A stretch of DNA of 20,000 bases from Chiloscyllium plagiosum (Eukaryota), in assembly GCF_004010195.1 (NCBI RefSeq), contig NC_057717.1:105976592-105996591 (forward strand), given 5' to 3'. Each line of letters opens with the position of its first letter. The stretch's first letter is position 1. The position numbers and the translations under genes are program-made. The notes beneath the pieces are model-generated. The model was not told the origin of the DNA, ran no database searches, and saw nothing but the letters and a program-made list of their open reading frames with translations. Of this stretch, positions 9,351 to 19,463 are shown piece after piece.

Positions 9351-9869
9351 GAATAGTAGCCAACTGAGATTACCTGGCCAGGTATCTCTGCATTTTCTGG
9401 GCCAACAAGCAGTTGTTCCCTAACGAGGTAGAAAAGAGCTTGTTTGGGAGATTAGCAGTATTGATGTTAAGGTCTGATGTTAAGGGATACAGTCACTCTG
9501 TGCTTAAGTCTGTGAATGCTTCTGTGCCAGAAACTGGCACTAGGTGGATACGTCAAGATTGGGTGATGTGTTTGAATACAGCTGGAAGTGTAAGGATTGG
9601 CCCACGTTTCATCCTGCTAACAAGGTGCTAGATGACAAAGGGTGTCACTGAGAGACAGGGAAACAGTTTTGCTATGACACCACAGGAATGTTCACTGGCT
9701 CCACTTGTTTCAGCACGATCCAAGTTATTTTGTTGTATCACTGACTGTAGGTCCTACTGCTTGCAAAGTCCTATAGTTAGAGTACTATGTACAGTCCTGA
9801 TCACTATATTATAGGAAGCCTGGCATCATACATAACAACAGAAAGGAGGCTTACTGGGAAATTGCCAAA

Positions 9870-10243
9870 ATTGGAGAATGATGGCTCTGAGAGAAGATTA
9901 TAAATTAGGAATATCTTGATTGGAGCAGCAGAGGCTGAGGGGAAATTCAATTGAGGTATGTAAAATTATAAGGGATCCCAGATAGTTAGCAAGGATCTAG
10001 TCTCCTCAGCAAACAGGTTAATAAGCAGGCAGAACAAACTGAAAGATATTTACAGAAGAATTAGAGTTGAGAACCTCTTTCCATTCAGTGGATTGTAGGG
10101 TTGTGGAACTGACGGTCTGAAACCGAAGCAGAAACCCTCATCACTATAGCATTTAGAATGGATCAGTGCTGAATATTCTTCAGTTAGCACTGACATGATA
10201 TGGAGAGGGCGAAGCCATCTTCTGTAACTAATTTCTATGATCT
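9870..10243 (+). mobile_element. Highly decayed CR1 3' fragment
   Basis: ttggagcagcagaggctgaggggaaattcaattgaggtatgtaaaattata (LEQ.RLRG..IEV.KI); tail ttctatgatcta. Confidence 0.7.
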
Positions 10244-10910
10244 ACAACAACAGTTTATATTAACATGGTGCCTTTAATGTAATCACATCTTCAGGCATTT
10301 CACTGAAGCATTATAAAACAAAGTGTGACACCGAACCACACAAGGAAATAATCAGTTGGAGGGCCAAAGGCTTGGTCAAAGAGGTAGGTTTTAAGAAGTG
10401 TCTTTGAGGAGGAAAGTGAAGTAAAGAGGTGAGAGAGAGAGTGAAGAGGATATTTCAGAGCCTGGGTTCCAGGCACATGGTGGAGGAATTACAACTGGAA
10501 ATACAAAGGCCACAACTAAAACAGCACTGATTAACTTAGAGAATTTTGAGGTTGCAGTAGATTACGGAAAGAGGGAGTGAGGCCAGGAATGGCTTTGTAA
10601 AAAGAAGATAAGTTTTAAAATCAAGATGGTGATTCACTTGGAACGGATGTAGGGCACCAAAAACAGGGCTGAGACACAGAGCATGGTACATGCTTCGAGT
10701 TAGGAAACAGGAGCAGAATTTTGGAACAGCACAAGTTTGCAGAGCGTAGAATGTGTTGGAATCGTCAAGTCAAAGGAAACAAAAGCATGGATGGGTTGAG
10801 ACAAGCAAAACTGAAGTGTGTTACAGAGGAGCAAATGGCAGTGTTAAAGATGGCATGAATCGGTCAGACATTCAACTCAGGGTCAAATGTGACACCAAAA
10901 ATCTGTGAAT
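10244..10910 (-). mobile_element. Decayed L2-clade LINE 3' fragment
   Basis: Begins caacaacagtttatattaacatggtgcctttaa (L2-type end, antisense); minus strand near 10870-10900 reads FGVTFDPELN. Confidence 0.7.
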
Positions 10911-11034
10911 AGAATTCATACTCACTGTCCCTTTCAGGCCCTCCCTGTGATGATCACAGCTTGCTGCTTTTAACTTTATAGACTGTTGCCTCAAGACCAC
11001 AAGGTGGTGTCCAACTTGAGCAACACTGACTTAC

Positions 11035-11094
11035 CATGGTATCCCCATCACTATCAGTGGTGATCCGAGACATGAGTGAAATATCAGTGTTCAT
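11035..11094 (-). CDS. CCDC159: CCDC159-like probable first coding exon: MNTDISLMSRITTDSDGDTM (exon 11111-11035 including UTR)
   Basis: Acceptor cttttgtgctttgcttttacag, ATG at 11094, consensus donor ATG|gtaagt in phase 0 matching the micro-exon. No homology support for the peptide itself. Confidence 0.6.
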
Positions 11095-11224
11095 CTCTCA
11101 AACCTAGCAAACTGTAAAAGCAAAGCACAAAAGTTCATCACAGCATTTCGTAGATAGTTTCACTAGATATTGCTCCTGCCTTTACCATAATCTCAGTGAC
11201 TAGGTATGGAATTTCTCCCAGGGG

Positions 11225-11350
11225 AGCAGCATTTGTCACTCATCTCTCGTGCTGTTGTGAGCCACCCTCTCGAACCATTGTAGTCTGTGTGAACATGCTC
11301 CAAGTGTCTGGGAGAGAGTTTCAGACTCTGACCTATTGATAGTGAGGCTA
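11225..11350 (-). mobile_element. Decayed LINE 3' fragment sharing its tail with the Deu-type SINEs (tentative)
   Basis: gcatttgtcactcatctc..gtgagccaccctctcgaacc..gggagagagtttcaga; similar to 14003-14112. Confidence 0.4.
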
Positions 11351-14002
11351 ATTATATTCTGAAAGCTCCTAATTTCTTTCAGCAAACATTTTCGCCGTTA
11401 GCAATTACTGTTAAATCTCTGTCTTTGTTACTTTCCATCTTATTTACTACAATTAATTGTCAAATAACTGAAACCATCTAATGAATACATTGAGAAAGTT
11501 GCATGATTTAGAATGAAAAAGTTAAAACTAAATTTCAGTGCACTGTGGTGTCTTATACATGGTAAAATGCATGTTTTGGAATGTCAGAATAAATTCAGCA
11601 GTTAGAGAACTGGAAAGCTGTCTCTGACACATGCTGCGATCTTGTGTGATTCCTGACCAAAATCTCTGAAATTTATGTTCTTTGTAAGTGATGACAGTAG
11701 GAGACAGGAGTAGCGAACTCAAGAAAATTATGGGCCTTTGGTTGTTGAGAGTTTTGAGAACTTATACTGATTTTAGTATATACATCTCTGCAGTCACAAC
11801 CTTTAGTTCAGCAGCAGTGCAAAGATCTGGTTCATCACGTATTGCAGAAACGAACTTCCAGGAATGCCTAGGAGTAGTGCTTTACAAAGTTTGGCAATAA
11901 TCTACAATGACCATTAAACTCCTGCCTTTAGTCCCTGATCTGACATCATGGCTGAGATGGGTCCCCACAATATGTTCCCAATTTGTGTGATCCCTTGACT
12001 GATTGATAGTGATCTTTCAAAAAGATGACAAGGTGATTACAAGAGAACAAGTCCATTCTGTTCATCTTGGGCAATCCAACATTGGCTACATTGATTCTGA
12101 TACTCAGTTGTTTCTTCATTAATCCAATTCTTCATTAATCTTCACCTCCACTATTCTATCTGGAAATCTATGTGTAAGGAAGGATTTTCCCAGCTTGTTT
12201 TCTGTTAATCTATACCTGTGTTTGCTGTTATACTGCTCTCCCAACTTAATTGGAAATTATTTTCCAGATCTCTTCTTTTCCCAACTCATTCTCCACCTTA
12301 TTCATTATCCCAGGCTGCTCATAGCCAGTGGCAAAATACACCAGCCTCCTGTCTCTTCATCACCATCAGGTTTTGAATGTTTCTCTATATTTTAGTAAAC
12401 AGAACTAGGTACACTGTTCATGATTGGATCAATACCATTCAATTCCAAAAGGATTTCCTCTGGTTTTACATCTTGGTTCAGTATTTTATTTGCATTGGTC
12501 ACTGTTGAACCGGCTGAGAGGTACATCTTTTTGTTTTGCACTCATCAGGACATACGAGAATATCAGATTTCAAATAATCACAACAATTTATGTTGCAGGA
12601 AAAATGGATGTTGATTGGTTGGCAAATCATCTGAGATGAATCGAATCATTACATTGGGAACTCTAGTTTCCCTGAGGTCCTGTGCAATTAAAAGAAGATG
12701 CAAGGCTTGAACATTTACAGAGAACAGGTCCCTCGGTATGAATCTGTGTCACTGTTGGCAAACATAAGTGAACAATATCACGAATTTAGCTGATTATCTT
12801 ACATTGGTTTTAACATAGTTGCATTCAGAATATTAGGGACTGTTCAGCAATTTATACCTAGTTGAGAATCACATCTAACAGTAGATATTTTGCTTTGGGT
12901 TTTCCAACTACTGGCTAATTGAGTCCAATCTGTACTCTGCCTGGAATAAATAACTGAAGCAAAATGCTGCTCAATATGATCAATTGATCACTAGAATGTA
13001 CAACCCTGGTACCTGACATCACACCAATGCTGAAATTCTTACACAATAATGCTCAATTTTGTGGGAGATGAAAGTTTCGGATCAATGTCAGGATCTTGTT
13101 AGTGGGGACTATCACTCATGTAGTCACTGCATTGTCGCAGTGTGTAACGACTGCTGAAGGATAATGAGGCAATGCACATGTTGTACAGACCAGCAGCCAT
13201 TGATAAAACAAGACATAAAACAACATCACTTGTGAGTGTCTGGAACATTCCAGAAACAGGTGGACACAGTGAGTCATGGGAACAAATCTATCATATATGT
13301 CACACCGCAAATTATTCTTACAGTATGTCGATTATTTTAATTTCCTGTGTAAGACATTATGCTTGCCTGTGTCAAATGTCTCATGGCTCTGCCTACTTAC
13401 ACATGTTGTTCACTGTCTCTTCATAAGTAAGTGCTTTTCCTGAATTGGGTGTGATATTACACACTTCACAAATTTGCAATGTGATGATGTAGAGCAGAAA
13501 CTCTTAATCCTCGAGTTACTCTAGCCAGCTGTGTCTCTTGTCTCCCAGCTTGACATAACATCTCCAATAGGTCCCTGCTCTTCAACTTTGAGCCCAGGTG
13601 AATATAGAAATTACAGTGAATTATGTTGTGAGCTGCTCTTTCTCCAAAGCATACCAGCAACAAGGCCCAAGCAGCTTCTGACCCTGCTCTTCACTCGGGA
13701 CTCATGGTCTTTCTTACTCACTTTCTGAGTCTTATTGTTATGATCTGCACACTATTGAAGTGAAATGAGATGACTGAATGGAAAAGCATTTTACCCTTCT
13801 CCTATTGAGTCTTTCTGCTGAATCCATCCTCTGAACTGGCAGCCTTCTTCTCAACAACTTTGAAAGATGCTGCTTTCAGGGCTCAGGGTCCCCACAAACC
13901 CTGCCACATGACCTTAGTGTGTGTGTATGTGGTGAAGGGGCTGATAGTGACTGTCTGTGTTGGTGAGTGTGATCATATGTATGGGTGAGGGGATTGCGGG
14001 CC

Positions 14003-14112
14003 ATTTACTCATGGAATGTGGGTGTCATTGGCCTTTATTGTCCATCCCTAGTTACGCTTGAGAAGGTAATGGTGATCTACCTTCTGAATCCTCTGCAATC
14101 CATTTGGTGTAG
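14003..14112 (-). mobile_element. LINE 3' end fragment, same tail as the SINE at 15245
   Basis: actcatggaatgtgggtgtcattggcctttattgtccatccctagttacgcttgagaagg parallels cattcatgggaagtgggagttcactggc..tttagtgcccatccct at 15251-15304. Confidence 0.55.
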
Positions 14113-14254
14113 ATTAGCGAAAGCTAATTAAAGTGTAAGTGTGAGTAGATGGAGGAGGAAGAGAGGAAAGATGGAGAAAGAAAACAGTCAAAAGAATTAA
14201 AAGTTTAGTTGGGGACTTGTTGCACATTAAAACCAATGATGTCATGTTGGCCTT

Positions 14255-14430
14255 TAGCAGTGGTAATACAGTCAGATACATTAGGGACATTTAAGCAACT
14301 CTTGGATAGGTACACGTAAGATAGGACAATGAAGGGTATGTAGGTTAACCTGATCTTAGAGTAGGATAAAAGGCCAGCACAACATCGAGGGCTGAAGGGC
14401 CTGTGCTGTGCTGTACTCTTTTATGTTCTA
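14255..14430 (+). mobile_element. CR1 LINE 3' end
   Basis: acatttaagcaactcttggatagg..gcacaacatcgagggctgaagggcctgtgctgtgctgtactcttttatgttcta. Confidence 0.82.
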
Positions 14431-15244
14431 AGTAATGTTGAATGCAAATGTTAACATCAACAGTATTCATTGCTTCATGGCCAAGTTCCACAGAGTGGCT
14501 CAGTTGAAGTAATGAGCTGACGAGTACGGAAAGTAATAACCATTTTTAAAAATAAATTACTTTAAACACTGATTTTAATATTTATAATGGTATACTATAT
14601 TTCATCTTTAATCTGTAAATTTTGATAATTATATATTGAAAGTCATTTATGCTGTTTTGTTTCTGATGCCATCAGGGGTCACATTCCTAACTTTGAAGAG
14701 TTAAATAGTATTACTTATATATCATATCAAGTCCTAACTCTTACATTGGATTTCACAGCTTTGATCTCAACATAGTGTTCCATTTAATGACTTATTTTTG
14801 AAAGCTACAGAAAAAAATCAGAGGGGCTTTGTATTGAGATGACAAGGTGATGAGTCAAACTGGATATTTCCCTCGTCCGTTCGTGTTGAATGCTGTTTAT
14901 TAGGTCACTATGATCCTGATTTTTCAGTAATTCCATTATATCGAACAGTACTGAAGATTAACAGGTCAGTAGTCACTTAGTTTTATTTGTCATCTTCTTT
15001 GAAAATGGGCACCTGACTAGTCTGTTTCCCAAACCATTGTCCCATCCCTGGATCACACCAAATTTGAAGGGAAATTATTTCCGATGTGTGCTTAATTTAT
15101 TGCCCATTCTGAGTTGCCCTGAAAAGATGCTGAAAGTACACTATGGAGATATTAATGTTATCAAGGGATACAGGGATAGAGTGGAAATAAAAGATCAGCT
15201 CTGATCAATCTGAACGGCAGAACACGCTCAAAGGGCTACTTTTT

Positions 15245-15558
15245 AAAATTCATTCATGGGAAGTGGGAGTTCACTGGCTAGGCCAACATTTAGTGCCCAT
15301 CCCTCATGGCCCAGAGGGCAGTAAGGAGTCACCCACATTGCTGTCAGTCTGGAGTCACATGTAGACCAGACCTGGCAGATTTCCTTCCCTAAAGAACCAG
15401 ACAAATCTATCCTTGACAACCGACAATGGTTTCGTGGTCATCATTAAACACTCACTTCCAGATTATTATTGAATTAAAATGCCACCATCCGCCATGGCAA
15501 GATTCAAACCCAAGTCCCCAGAAAATTACCTGGGTTCAGCGATAATACCACCAGGCTA
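15245..15558 (-). mobile_element. tRNA-derived SINE, SacSINE1/Deu-SINE-like
   Basis: Reverse-complement homologue of 2906-3190 (gtctggagtcaca, ggcagatttcc, B-box-like gattcaaaccc). Confidence 0.75.
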
Positions 15559-15893
15559 CTTTATACTGTGGTATAAAAGGGGAATTCCAGGATTGTGACC
15601 CAGCAGCCATGAAGAAGCAATGAGACCTATCCATCTTCATGGTGTGGTATTTGGGGATGTTTTACTGTTTATACTAACCATTTGCTAAATGATTTACTTG
15701 ATTTGAAGACTGCAAAACAAACCATTGTCAAATGTAAAAGTATGACCTTATAGTTAGAAGTTCTATGAATATAATGCAATTATAACGAATATTCAACTTG
15801 TAAGGTTTCAATTCATTTCGGTTCAAAATCAGTTTTAAATTTGTTCTTAAACATATCTTTTGATTTGTTTCCTTGCTGCCCTAACTCACTTAC

Positions 15894-15990
15894 CTGTAGT
15901 AGCTTTGCACCACCAGCAGATTTCAAACCGTGTGATTAAACACAAACGCATTACGTCGGCGCTGAATGTTTGTTACACAGCAGCCCCCGT
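15894..15990 (-). other. CCDC159: Probable first (5'UTR) exon of the CCDC159-like gene; 5' end approximate
   Basis: Perfect donor CAG|gtaagt at 15894/15893 at the left edge of the CpG-rich region. Confidence 0.6.
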
Positions 15991-16139
15991 AAGGCCGGCA
16001 GGGGGGCGGGGCTAGCGGCCAGTCTCTCAACCAAGCTTGGGGAGGGGAGAGCGGGAACCCCGCCCGCCTGTCTGTGATTGGCTCCATTACCGGAAGGTCC
16101 GGGCATGCTCCACGTCAATCACAGCGCGGCTGTTTGTCG

Positions 16140-16202
16140 ATTGAAGGCCGCGCCTGTCGATCAGAGGCAGTAGGTGTGGTTGTGGCCCGAAGCACGCAGC
16201 AG
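16140..16202 (+). other. TMEM205: Probable non-coding first exon of TMEM205; 5' end approximate
   Basis: Consensus donor CAG|gtgagt at 16202/16203, just downstream of the CCAAT/ETS/CRE module. Confidence 0.55.
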
Positions 16203-16417
16203 GTGAGTGACAGGAGCAGTCAGACATCCGGCCAGCGGAGAGCTTCAGGGCAGATTAGTGTCAGTTAAAAACAGCCGGGACAATCCCCCGCCCCCTTCCC
16301 ACAAAGCCGCTCCAAGTATCCGCTTCTCTGTTGCCGCCCGCTGACGGTTGACCGTTAACCGTCCGGGCTTCTCGCGAACGTGTGACGTAGGCGATTCCAA
16401 TGCATGGGGCGTGGCTA

Positions 16418-16541
16418 CTGACCCCGCCCATTTCTACTCTGACCCCGCCCATTTCCACACTGGCCCCGCCCATTTCTGCTCTGACCCCGCCCATTTCTAC
16501 TCTGACCCCGCCTGTTTCCGCTGTGACTCTGACCCCGCCCA
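16418..16541. repeat. 21-bp tandem repeat, ctgaccccgcccatttctact (6 GC-box-bearing units)
   Basis: Units start at 16418, 16439, 16460, 16481, 16502 and 16529. Confidence 0.95.
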
Positions 16542-17097
16542 CAGGCGGAAGCAGTTGGAGCAGGCAGTGATCAGGCTGTAAGGGGTTGTGGTCAGGCTGC
16601 AGTGTGAGTGACTCTGGTGTAGAGTCACTCCACAGTTACAGTTTCTGTCACCATCTGGATAACGGTGTGGATTGAATGACCTGGTGCAGGACTGGCTGAT
16701 GCCAGCAATGTTTAGATGTAGTTGTGAATAGCCACTTGATCAGTCAGTACCAACAGAGGGAGAGGAGGAATGGGCAGAGACATTCAGTATAACCTCCTAC
16801 CTCTCAGTGTTTCACTGTCTGTGTGTCGCACACACTATGCTCAGAGCTTTCAATGTAACTGCAGGGAAACTTACAGAGTGCAGTCGAAACAGCTGCTCCA
16901 CAGAAAAAACACAGCCAGTTATAATAACTCGTGTTCTCTAGGAAATCCTGCAGCAGCAGTTTGAACAGTGTTTGTCTTGGAGTGTGCTCTGGTCTTCAGT
17001 GGGGGAAGAAAAAGCCTGAGAGGAAGATACTGGCCAACTGAACTCCTCTGTTTCTGAAAAAATATACTCTTGGTATGAGTTCAAAATGAAATCTGTT

Positions 17098-17384
17098 ATA
17101 GACTCATAGAGTCATACAGCACAGAAACAGACTCTTTGGTCCAGCCAGTTCGTGCTGAACATAATCCCAAATTAAACTCGTCTCACCTGCCTGCACTTGG
17201 ATCATATTCCCTCAAAACCTTTCCTGTTTATATCTTTTAAATGTTGTAACTACCCACATCCACCACTCCTCTGGAAGTTCATTCCACACACAAACTGCTC
17301 TGTACGTAGTACAAAGCCCCTCATGTCTTTTCAAAATCTTTCTCTTTCCTTAAAAATGTGTCCCTGGTCTTGAAATCCCCCACC
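17098..17384 (-). mobile_element. CR1 3' end, interrupted by a Penelope fragment; CR1-like sequence resumes at about 17657-17712
   Basis: tagactcatagagtcatacagcacaga tail; antisense relative of the 2560-2718 tail. Confidence 0.8.
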
Positions 17385-17656
17385 CGCCAATCTCCCTTCC
17401 CAATTATGCGCTCCACCCTCCTCTCTGACCTATCACCTCCATCCCCACCCCCATTCACCTATTGTACTCTTTGCTACCTTCTCCCCAGCCACCCACCCCA
17501 TTTATCTCCACCCTGGAAGCTCCCTGCCTCCATTCCTGATGAAGGGCTTTTGCCTGAAACGTTGATTTTCCTGCTCCTTGGATGCTGCCTGACCTTTTCC
17601 AGCACCACTCTAATCTAAACTCTGGTTTCCAGTATCTGCAGTCCTCACTTTTGCCT
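17385..17656 (+). mobile_element. Penelope-like 3' terminal fragment
   Basis: C-rich tract, then cattcctgatgaagggcttttgcctgaaacg..ggatgctgcctgacc..ttttccagcaccac..ctgcagtcctcactttt; inverse of 3948-4200. Confidence 0.85.
17532..17567 (+). ncRNA. Minimal hammerhead ribozyme motif (best-preserved copy)
   Basis: attc-CTGATGA-a-gggc-tttt-gcct-GAAA-cg-tt-gatt: both core boxes, stem II and a CG mini stem III. Confidence 0.6.
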
Positions 17657-18079
17657 GCCTGAAAAAAGTCCCATCCTATCCAGCCTCGCCTTATCTTCCA
17701 TTCCCAGTATTCTGGAAGAGTGATTGAAAGAACTTATTGTGTTTCCTGAGCAAGTTCTAATTACAAAAAAACATTTGCAGTGATCTCTAACAGAAACCAA
17801 TCCATATATGATACAAGCCCTGAAATTATACCAAGTTTCATAATTGTAGAAAATGAAAGCCCTCAAATAAAATACTAAATAGCAGCAGAATGTTTCCTGA
17901 CACAAACAGTGAGTTGACTGTGCCCACTTTGTGGAAGATTATACGGTCAAGTCTCTGATTGATGTGGGGCAAGAACCCACAACCTCCTAGCTGGGAGGTG
18001 CATGTATTACCATCAAGTCGCAATTGACACATGAGAACCAGCACCTGGGTGTATTGAGAGTGATGAGTCATTTCACATA

Positions 18080-18175
18080 ACAGGTCACAGCCCTGAAACA
18101 TGACCAGTTTCTCTCTCCATAGATGTTGCCTGACTCGCTCTACATTTTCTACTTTTATTTCTGCAGTCTTTTGCT
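18080..18175 (+). mobile_element. Decayed Penelope-like tail of a second family (tentative)
   Basis: aggtcacagccctgaaacatgaccagtttctctctccatagatgttgcctgac. Confidence 0.4.
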
Positions 18176-18236
18176 TTTGTTTTAAAATAGAAGCTTTGTT
18201 TTTTTTTAATAAAGCCTTTCACTTGGACCCCGTTCT

Positions 18237-18869
18237 AGATAGAACATAGAACATTACAGCACAGTAAAGGCCCTTCAGCCCTCGATGTTGCACTGGCCTG
18301 TAAAACTAATCTGAAGCCTATCTAACCTGCACAATTCCATTTTCATCCATATGACTATCAGTTGGTGAGTCTACTACTGTTGCAGGTAGTGCGTTCCATG
18401 CCCTATTACTCTCTGAGTAAAGAAACTACCTCTGACATCTGTCCTATATCTATCACCCTTCACTTTAAAGCTTTGTCCCCTTGTGCGAGCCATCACCATT
18501 GGAGGATAAAGGCTCTCACTGTCCACCCTATCTAACCTTCTGATTATCTTCTATGTCTCAATTAAGTCACCTCTCAACGTTCTCTCCAAGGAAAAGAGCC
18601 TCAAGTCCCTCAGCCTTTCCTTGTAAGACCTTTCCTCCGTCCCAGGCAACATCCTGGTAAATCTCCTCTGCACCCTTTCCAATGCTTCCACATCCTATAA
18701 TGCGGTGACTAGAACTGTACACATTACTCCAAGTGCGGCCGTTCCAGAGTTTTGTACAGCTGCAACATGACCTCACGGCTCCAAAACTCAATCCCTTTAC
18801 CAATAAGAGCTAACAGGCCATATGCCTTCTGAACAACCCTATCAACCTGAATGGCAACTTTCAAGGATC
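18237..18869 (-). mobile_element. 5'-truncated CR1 LINE
   Basis: Minus strand reads [71 protein letters not shown]; (tagaaca)n tail at 18237-18255. Confidence 0.93.
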
Positions 18870-18985
18870 TTGTCGCCAACAAAATTTGACATCGTAGAGG
18901 TGAAAACTGATGTTAAGAAAATAAATTGGATTAAATTAATTTTTCCTTTTCATTGTAATAAAACAGGGCTTGTTGAGATAATAGA

Positions 18986-19085
18986 ATGCCAACAGAAGGA
19001 GATCCTACTAGCCTGGTTAAAACAGCCCATCTGATTCTACTGTCTACCTCCTGGGGTATGCAGATATGGGTGTCGTTCATATCGG
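18986..19085 (+). CDS. TMEM205: TMEM205 first coding exon: MPTEGDPTSLVKTAHLILLSTSWGMQIWVSFIS(G); exon 18967-19085
   Basis: Acceptor aaaacag at 18966, in-frame upstream TGA, A at -3, donor G|gtaaga. HLILLSTSWGMQIWVSFISG matches the remembered TMEM205 signature [20 protein letters not shown]. Confidence 0.93.
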
Positions 19086-19463
19086 GTAAGATGTGCAAGA
19101 ACACTACTGCAGAGTTAATCAGGATCTGAACTGTGTGGTGAACGAATTAGGTTTTTGGATCACAGATTGTCACCAGAAACTGTCTCACAAAATTTTATTT
19201 ATGAAATGATTTCAACTATATGATTTTATTACATGTTCTTTAAAGATGTATTTTCTTTAAAAATCTTGAATTGAGTAATTCTGATTTGATTAATTGTAGT
19301 CACATGTTGCTAAGTAAAGTGAAAAACAATGTTTTGTGAGAGTACAACAGCAATTCTGGAGTTGTTCAGTTCTGGAAAGCTGTTACAGCTGAGAGTTGTG
19401 CCCATTAGCAGGGAATGTGCAGGTTTGGGTTTGCTGGCAGCTGAAAAACTGGAACTGTGGCCT

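Larger units (their letters stand above)
15950..16600. promoter_or_regulatory. CpG-island-like bidirectional promoter between CCDC159-like (-) and TMEM205 (+)
   Basis: Only CpG-dense stretch of the window. GC boxes 16003-16012 and 16058-16065, ATTGG 16077-16081, ACCGGAAG 16089-16096, CCACGTCA 16110-16117, TCTCGCGA 16370-16377, TGACGTA 16383-16389, CCAAT 16397-16401, GGCGGAAG 16544-16551; divergent splice donors either side. Confidence 0.88.

Noticed and set aside
11528..13728. Several 60-85 aa ORFs in the long first intron
   Set aside because: No recognisable homology or convincing splice-site pairs; lengths are compatible with chance.
16077..16114. ERSE-II element (ATTGG-N-CCACG)
   Set aside because: Both half-sites are present but 28 nt apart instead of 1.
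16261..16581. ORFs with MGGVRVE or SDPAHFY repeats
   Set aside because: By-products of the 21-bp promoter repeat.
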